A stretch of DNA of 64,000 nucleotides, taken from positions 73,344 through 137,343 of the forward strand of contig JAEFAM010000001.1 of NCBI GenBank assembly GCA_016287565.1, read 5' to 3'. Within the stretch, counting starts at the first letter, position 1. The number at the start of each line of letters is the position of its first letter. The translations under genes were made by a program, and so were the position numbers. This document shows, one piece after another, positions 59,177 to 64,000 of this stretch. Under the pieces are notes generated by a model. That model did no database searches, was not told where the DNA came from, and saw nothing but the letters and a program-made list of their open reading frames with translations. Origin of the DNA: Clostridia bacterium. GTDB lineage: Bacteria > Bacillota > Clostridia > UBA1212 > UBA1255.

Positions 59177-59248
59177 TCCGGGGCAACGTCAAATCTAAAC
59201 GGGGACAACAGGGGACGGACTACGGTTCGTCTCCTTTTTCTATGCCTT

Positions 59249-59320
59249 GGGCCTGAAAAACGCAAGTCTGTCACCTGTTCACCCGAGAGCCGCCTGACGG
59301 CGAACGCAAGTCTGTCACCT
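59249..59320. repeat. REP-like repeats (2 copies, inverse orientation, the GTCACC variant)
   Basis: The sequence was read directly. Confidence 0.75.
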
Positions 59321-59373
59321 GTTTCCTAAGGACCTGCTGCTAATTTGCGCATGAAAAAAGCAAAAAATAAGAA

Positions 59374-59402
59374 TTGACAATATTCCTATATATAAGTAGA
59401 AT
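59374..59402 (+). promoter_or_regulatory. Promoter of the tRNA operon (TTGACA – 17 nt – TAGAAT)
   Basis: The hexamers were read directly. Confidence 0.45.
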
Positions 59403-59443
59403 ATCGTTTGCTGTCGCGCCCAGTGCGCTCAGTTAAAAACGGC

Positions 59444-59516
59444 GCTGGTGTAGCTCAGCTGGTAGAGCAATTGATTTGTAATCAATAGGTCGGGGGTTCA
59501 AATCCGTCCACCAGCT
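59444..59516 (+). tRNA. tRNA-Thr (anticodon UGU)
   Basis: A GCTGGTG/CACCAGC acceptor stem, a TAGCTCAGCTGGTAGAGC D-arm, a TTTGTAA anticodon loop and a TTCAAAT T-loop. There is one T-stem mismatch, and no CCA is encoded. Confidence 0.7.
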
Positions 59517-59526
59517 CTCTTGTCAG

Positions 59527-59608
59527 GGGAGATTTCCCGAGTGGCCAAAGGGGACAGACTGTAAATCTGCTGGCATTGCCTTCTGTGGTTCGAATCCACA
59601 ATCTCCCA
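59527..59608 (+). tRNA. tRNA-Tyr (anticodon GUA)
   Basis: A GGGAGAT/ATCTCCC acceptor stem, a CTGTAAA anticodon loop, a long variable arm, a TGTGG-TTCGAAT-CCACA T-arm and a discriminator A. Confidence 0.75.
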
Positions 59609-59618
59609 TACAAAAAAA

Positions 59619-59643
59619 GCAGCCAAAACAGGCTGCTTTTTTT
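59619..59643 (+). terminator. Rho-independent terminator after the tRNA operon
   Basis: A GCAGCC-aaaaca-GGCTGC hairpin is followed by TTTTTTT. Confidence 0.55.
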
Positions 59644-59941
59644 GTGCCGCAAATCCACCGAAGCCATCAAGATTTGCGGCGCCCGCGGCGCGAATGAATC
59701 AAGGCCCGGCGCTGCGGGCAATGGGAGCTTGTGGATTCGAACCGAGCGCCAGCGCCAACCGGATACTCCGGAAATCAGTGCACAACGGCGCGTAGAAACA
59801 TGCCGGTGGCATGTTTCAGCGAGGAGGGCCCTTTAAACAAATTCCGGAAAAAGCAGCAGAAGACCGGAATTTGCGTGGGCGAATCCACAATCTCAATAGT
59901 ATTAGTGTATTCAATCCTTTTTTAATCGCTTTTGTGAATTA

Positions 59942-60775
59942 TTATGACGACCCAACACTGCGGTTTTTGACGGCGGAAGGGGAGATGCCGAAATGTTTCA
60001 CAAAAGATTTGTAGAATACCGAATAGTCTCCAAAACCGCATCTTGACGCGGCGGCAGTTGCGCCAGAGCCTTCCGCAATGAGATTATACGCCAGATCGAG
60101 TTTTTTCGCGGTTATATATTGCCACACGGAGACGCCGAGCGTATCACGGAACAGGCGGTTCACGCGCGAATTGCTGTAATGGAACACCGCTTTGATAAAC
60201 GACAGATCCGATAACATATTGAGGTTTTCGCCTATGTAATCGATCACGGCGTTCAACAGTTCCGCGCCGGCGTTCCTTTTGCTTTTATTATCGAGGACAA
60301 TGCCGGTTTTTTTCACGGCGTTGTGACCAAGTTCGTAAAGGATCGCGCGTATGTAAGTAAAGTACATGTCTATATCCGTATCGGAGCGCTCGTCGCAGAT
60401 ACGGCGCATACATGAAACGACCGTCGGATAAACTGCAGCATCGAGCGTAAAAACAGCGCCGCTTTTGTTTTTGCATTTGTCCGCGAGCCCGGAGATCAGG
60501 TTGTCCAGATCCGCACTTTTGCACGCTTTCGGTATAAACTGAACCGCAAGAAATTCAAACGGCGCCTCGTGAATCAAAAGCCCGTGCGTTTCGTTTTCAA
60601 ATATAAACGCAGCATCGTTGACGCCCAGTTCATACTCGGTACCGCCTATGACGATACCGCAGTTTCCTTTTGTCACGACAAGTATTTCGTGGGAGGTGTG
60701 GCAGTGAACGGGGTATGAAAAGTTGTCCGCACTTATTTCAGATTTATGTACCGTATACAATCCGCATATTTCCAT
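59942..60775 (-). CDS. AraC-family transcriptional regulator (cupin sensor plus HTH)
   Basis: A cupin region (HCHTSHEILVVTKGNCGIVIGG) and an AraC HTH (SRCGFGDYSVFYKSFVKHFGISPSAVKN) are present. The start was chosen at MEICG. The track's N-terminal extension through AT-rich DNA is spurious. Confidence 0.75.
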   Translation of the reverse strand: MEICGLYTVHKSEISADNFSYPVHCHTSHEILVVTKGNCGIVIGGTEYELGVNDAAFIFENETHGLLIHEAPFEFLAVQFIPKACKSADLDNLISGLADKCKNKSGAVFTLDAAVYPTVVSCMRRICDERSDTDIDMYFTYIRAILYELGHNAVKKTGIVLDNKSKRNAGAELLNAVIDYIGENLNMLSDLSFIKAVFHYSNSRVNRLFRDTLGVSVWQYITAKKLDLAYNLIAEGSGATAAASRCGFGDYSVFYKSFVKHFGISPSAVKNRSVGSS

Positions 60776-60905
60776 GCTCGTTTCCTCCGCCGTTATTATA
60801 TGACAATTATATTGTAATTGCAATATATGGTCGTGGTTATGCAATTGTATTTGCAAACACAGTACCTTAAAATAAAACTGTATCTTTTTATAAAGGAGCA
60901 ATACG

Positions 60906-63900
60906 ATGAAAAAGCAGATGCGTGCGTTATCCTGTGTTCTGTTGAGTATCGTGATCATAATGCTTGCCGGCTGTAACAAAGCGGGTACGAACAGACCGGA
61001 TGGACCGGGAAAAAACTATGTTTTTGACGACGGCATAACTGAAGATAACGGTCAGAGCGGCACGGAGATACCGGAACCGCAGAGCTATTCATACAGTCAG
61101 GATTTTGAACAGAAAATAAAAGCAAACGATCCCGACTGGTATGTAAACTCCGAGGGGACACAGGCAGACGGTGTCTTCAAAAGCAAAACAAATCACGCCT
61201 ATTTTGCCTCAAAGCATAAAATAAAGGCAGACGTTTTCGTTGCGGAATGGGACGTCAACGCAGACCGAAAAGGAAATGTTGAAAACGTTTCGGAATATAT
61301 CGGCCTCAGGCTGCCGGAATACGGCAATCAGTTCGCCGCGGTCGGAACCAACGGTATCTGGTTCTTATTCCACTGCAACAGAGTGGGTATCATTGACACC
61401 TGGCCGACTGTAAAGTCGTTCAAAGTCGACGTTGATTTTTCGAAGACGCAGCGCGTCAGAGTGACCGACGATACCAAAAACAATATTATTACCGTTGAAG
61501 TGCTGAAAGACGGCGAGTTCCAGCCGCTGTTTTCTGCAGTGATCGAAGATGGCAAAAACGTCTTTGTCAAAGACGTGAACGGTAAAACCAAGATAAAAGC
61601 CAAATTTACATATGATATCGATACAAAAGGCTATTTTTCGCTCTGGTCAAGCGGAGGCAACTCGGGCAGCGCATATATTGACAACGTTGATATTAAATGG
61701 AGCGATGCAGTGCCGGAAACCTATTATCCGGCTGATACCACGCTTTTACGCGACCTGTACTCCGACACCTGGGTCGCGGCAGACGATCTTGACAGAACAG
61801 TTATTGACGGCGTCTCCGCCCCCCGCGACAAGCTTGTGGGTATGTTTTATCAGATCTGGTTCACGCCCACGAGCGTGACGTATTCGGATCAGAAAATATA
61901 CGATCACTATAAGATCTATTTGGAAGGCGGTTTTGAAGCCGTTAAAAAGGCGTATGATAAAGGACCGCAGGGCTGGGGCCACTACTGGGGCGAGCCGTAT
62001 TTCGGTTATTATCTGACGAACGACCGCTGGATAATCCGGAAGCACGCTTCAATGCTTTCAGACATAGGTGTGGATTTCATATTCCTTGACGTCACGAACG
62101 GGAATTCGCAGGCGACGAGCTACCGGGCAATATTCAAGGAATACGAGCAGATGCGTAAAGAGGGACTGGATACGCCCGATATCTGCTTCTTCCTGGCGGA
62201 CGACGTCAGCCTGGTGGAGAACGTATTTCTTGACGTCTGGGATGACGTTTATTCCACCGGACAATACCGGGATCTTTACGTGATGTACGACGGAAAACCC
62301 CTCATCCTGGGTAATTTCAACAAATTGTCGGAAGAGGCCAGACAGATCGCCGACGAGAATTTCACCTGGCGGCGCTGCTGGGCGCTCCGGGAAAATGTTA
62401 AAGACGGCAAGGATTTCTGGACGTGGATGTGCGAGACGCCTCAGATCGCCTCTTATAACTCCAAAAATGGCAACGCGGTCGAAGAGATATCGATATCCGC
62501 CGGAATACTGGCCAATACGAGCACCGGCAGAAGCTTCTCCAACGGCAAACAGCCTAAAGTCGGCACGCTGCCTGACGGTTCTAAAGATTATTTCCAGTTC
62601 AATCTTGAAACCACGGGGCAGGGGCTGCTCTTCGCGGAACAGATGACACGCGCTTCAGAGGTCGATCCTTACGTGGTTCTTATCACTGAATGGAACGAAT
62701 GGGCTGCCGGGCGCTGGGAAGGTACGGGTCATCCTACGATCGCGCACACATATATTTCATGGTCCGAAAGCTTTTACGTTGACTGCTTCAACCCGGAATT
62801 CAGCCGCGACATCGAGCCGATGAAGGGCGGGTTCGGTGACAATTATTATTATCAGTTAGCCGCGTTCCTGCGCTCATTTAAGGGTGGACGTACTGCGCCC
62901 GCGGCGTCCGGTCAGCACGAAATAACGCTGGACGGCGGGCTCGGACAATGGGCAGACGTATGGCCCGAATACCGCGATACGACGGGCGACACGCTCCACC
63001 GCGATTCTCTCGGAAACGGCGGACTGGTATCGTACAAGAATGACAGCGGCCGGAACGATATTGTCAACGCGAAGGTCTCGAGAGCGAACGGGAAGACGTA
63101 CTTCCTCGCGGTATGCGCAGATCAATTGACGGCGCGCGAAGGCGAAAACTGGATGAACCTTTATATTGACACCGACGGCAATTCCAAAAACGGATGGTAC
63201 GGATACGACCTCGTCATTAATCGTGATAACGGCTCGATCGAAAAATTCACGGACGGCTGGAATATGCAGAAGATCGGTCAATGCGAATCGTTCACCGGTG
63301 ACAACTATCTGGTGCTCGCAATTGACGACGCTTCCTGCGGGCTCGGCGCTGACTTTAATTTCAAATGGGCGGACAATTCCACGACTACCGGCGAGATCAT
63401 GCAGTTCCTTGACCTGGGCGATGCCGCTCCGAACGCGCGGTTCAATTATGCATACAGAACAAATGCTAAAGAGATACAACTTTCTGAGAATGTAAAGTCG
63501 GTCGTCTGCGACGGCGCTTCATTTGCCGCCAACAGACCTTACGCGTTATCCGACGGAAAAGCAGTTGCCGTTTATGCGGCGGATACGGCGGTCCTGCCCG
63601 AAATGTATAAGAACAGGCTGTGTGTTCCCGCCGCTTCGCTGGGTGTTATCAAGGATATGACGGTCAACGTATCCGGCGGCACCGCCACTGTAACGTATAA
63701 AAACAAGACGTTCACTTTTGAAGACGGCAATAAAGAAGTAAAGTGTGGCAAAGATACGTATCAGATACCCGTTGCGCCTTACGTAAAAGACTCTGTCTTA
63801 TACGTTCCGCTTAATGCCGCCGCGTATATTGCTGGTCTCAATTACACGCAGAACGACTTGGGTGTTGCGATAATCACCAGTGCCGAGCTGTCGGAAGGCG

Positions 63901-63944
63901 ATAAAGTCAACGCGGCGTTAAACGATCTGTATATTTCGTATTGA
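60906..63944 (+). CDS. Large surface lipoprotein with a GH-like TIM-barrel domain (paralog of 39386-42007) and a C-terminal copper-amine-oxidase-N-terminal-like stalk domain
   Basis: It has a signal peptide and a lipobox (IIMLAGC). The shared block is GMFYQIWF...GYYLTNDRWIIRKHASMLSDIGVDFIFLDVTNG. The C-terminal region ...VLYVPLNAAAYIAGLNYTQ... resembles the Cu_amine_oxidN1 domain of clostridial surface proteins. Confidence 0.55.
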   Translation: MKKQMRALSCVLLSIVIIMLAGCNKAGTNRPDGPGKNYVFDDGITEDNGQSGTEIPEPQSYSYSQDFEQKIKANDPDWYVNSEGTQADGVFKSKTNHAYFASKHKIKADVFVAEWDVNADRKGNVENVSEYIGLRLPEYGNQFAAVGTNGIWFLFHCNRVGIIDTWPTVKSFKVDVDFSKTQRVRVTDDTKNNIITVEVLKDGEFQPLFSAVIEDGKNVFVKDVNGKTKIKAKFTYDIDTKGYFSLWSSGGNSGSAYIDNVDIKWSDAVPETYYPADTTLLRDLYSDTWVAADDLDRTVIDGVSAPRDKLVGMFYQIWFTPTSVTYSDQKIYDHYKIYLEGGFEAVKKAYDKGPQGWGHYWGEPYFGYYLTNDRWIIRKHASMLSDIGVDFIFLDVTNGNSQATSYRAIFKEYEQMRKEGLDTPDICFFLADDVSLVENVFLDVWDDVYSTGQYRDLYVMYDGKPLILGNFNKLSEEARQIADENFTWRRCWALRENVKDGKDFWTWMCETPQIASYNSKNGNAVEEISISAGILANTSTGRSFSNGKQPKVGTLPDGSKDYFQFNLETTGQGLLFAEQMTRASEVDPYVVLITEWNEWAAGRWEGTGHPTIAHTYISWSESFYVDCFNPEFSRDIEPMKGGFGDNYYYQLAAFLRSFKGGRTAPAASGQHEITLDGGLGQWADVWPEYRDTTGDTLHRDSLGNGGLVSYKNDSGRNDIVNAKVSRANGKTYFLAVCADQLTAREGENWMNLYIDTDGNSKNGWYGYDLVINRDNGSIEKFTDGWNMQKIGQCESFTGDNYLVLAIDDASCGLGADFNFKWADNSTTTGEIMQFLDLGDAAPNARFNYAYRTNAKEIQLSENVKSVVCDGASFAANRPYALSDGKAVAVYAADTAVLPEMYKNRLCVPAASLGVIKDMTVNVSGGTATVTYKNKTFTFEDGNKEVKCGKDTYQIPVAPYVKDSVLYVPLNAAAYIAGLNYTQNDLGVAIITSAELSEGDKVNAALNDLYISY

Positions 63945-64000
63945 CGCTCGCGGTTTCCGAATAAGCTGCGGCGACGGTCAATACCCGATCTTTTTTGATC

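Noticed and set aside
59700-59790. A third tRNA gene on the minus strand, suggested by a T-arm-like GGTTCGAATCCAC
   Set aside because: Only the 3' third resembles a tRNA, specifically tRNA-Tyr. No complementary acceptor 5' half, D-arm or anticodon arm can be drawn. It was treated as a fragment or att-like scar.

Overview
This 64 kb window looks like chromosomal DNA from a high-GC (about 60%) Firmicutes/Clostridia-type bacterium, judged by a DarA–HolB–RicT block, an HrcA/CIRCE heat-shock operon and sporulation-linked genes. The housekeeping backbone is pyrD/pyrK, rpoB–rpoC, darA–holB–ricT, a UDP-sugar pyrophosphorylase and NADP-IDH, uvrC, hrcA–grpE–dnaK–dnaJ, ackA, smc–ftsY, and tRNA-Ser, tRNA-Thr and tRNA-Tyr. 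Accessory genes sit between these blocks: two large paralogous cell-surface glycoside-hydrolase-like proteins, a sialate O-acetylesterase, an SGNH hydrolase, tandem beta-lactamase-fold serine hydrolases, transporters and an AraC regulator.

The most unusual feature is a four-gene minus-strand operon at 10479-12194 with overlapping start and stop codons. It encodes an HPr-kinase-related kinase, a 38-aa acidic Thr/Asp/Asn-rich peptide, a PqqD-family (RiPP recognition element-like) protein and a soluble S26B (SipW/Sec11-type, Ser/His) peptidase. This looks like an undescribed peptide-modification system.

The second major feature is a REP/RAYT system. A Y1 (IS200-like) REP-associated tyrosine transposase is flanked by inverted copies of a short repeat with core GGGGACAGACTTGCGTT, and at least 35 copies of that repeat are scattered through intergenic regions. 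One copy sits in-frame inside an SDR gene, and one supplies the ftsY start codon. The repeat shares a 14-nt identity with tRNA-Tyr.

Other oddities are composite tandem hairpin arrays punctuated by AGCTAAATT, tracts with 10-bp periodicity (CCGGnAAAT, 22461-22581; a looser CCGKRAAT variant at 17792-17887), an in-frame UAP1-like–IDH fusion ORF with no stop codon, acidic C-terminal tails on RpoB and RpoC, an N/Q/G-rich disordered protein, and copies of the tRNA-Tyr 3' end next to the tRNA gene.
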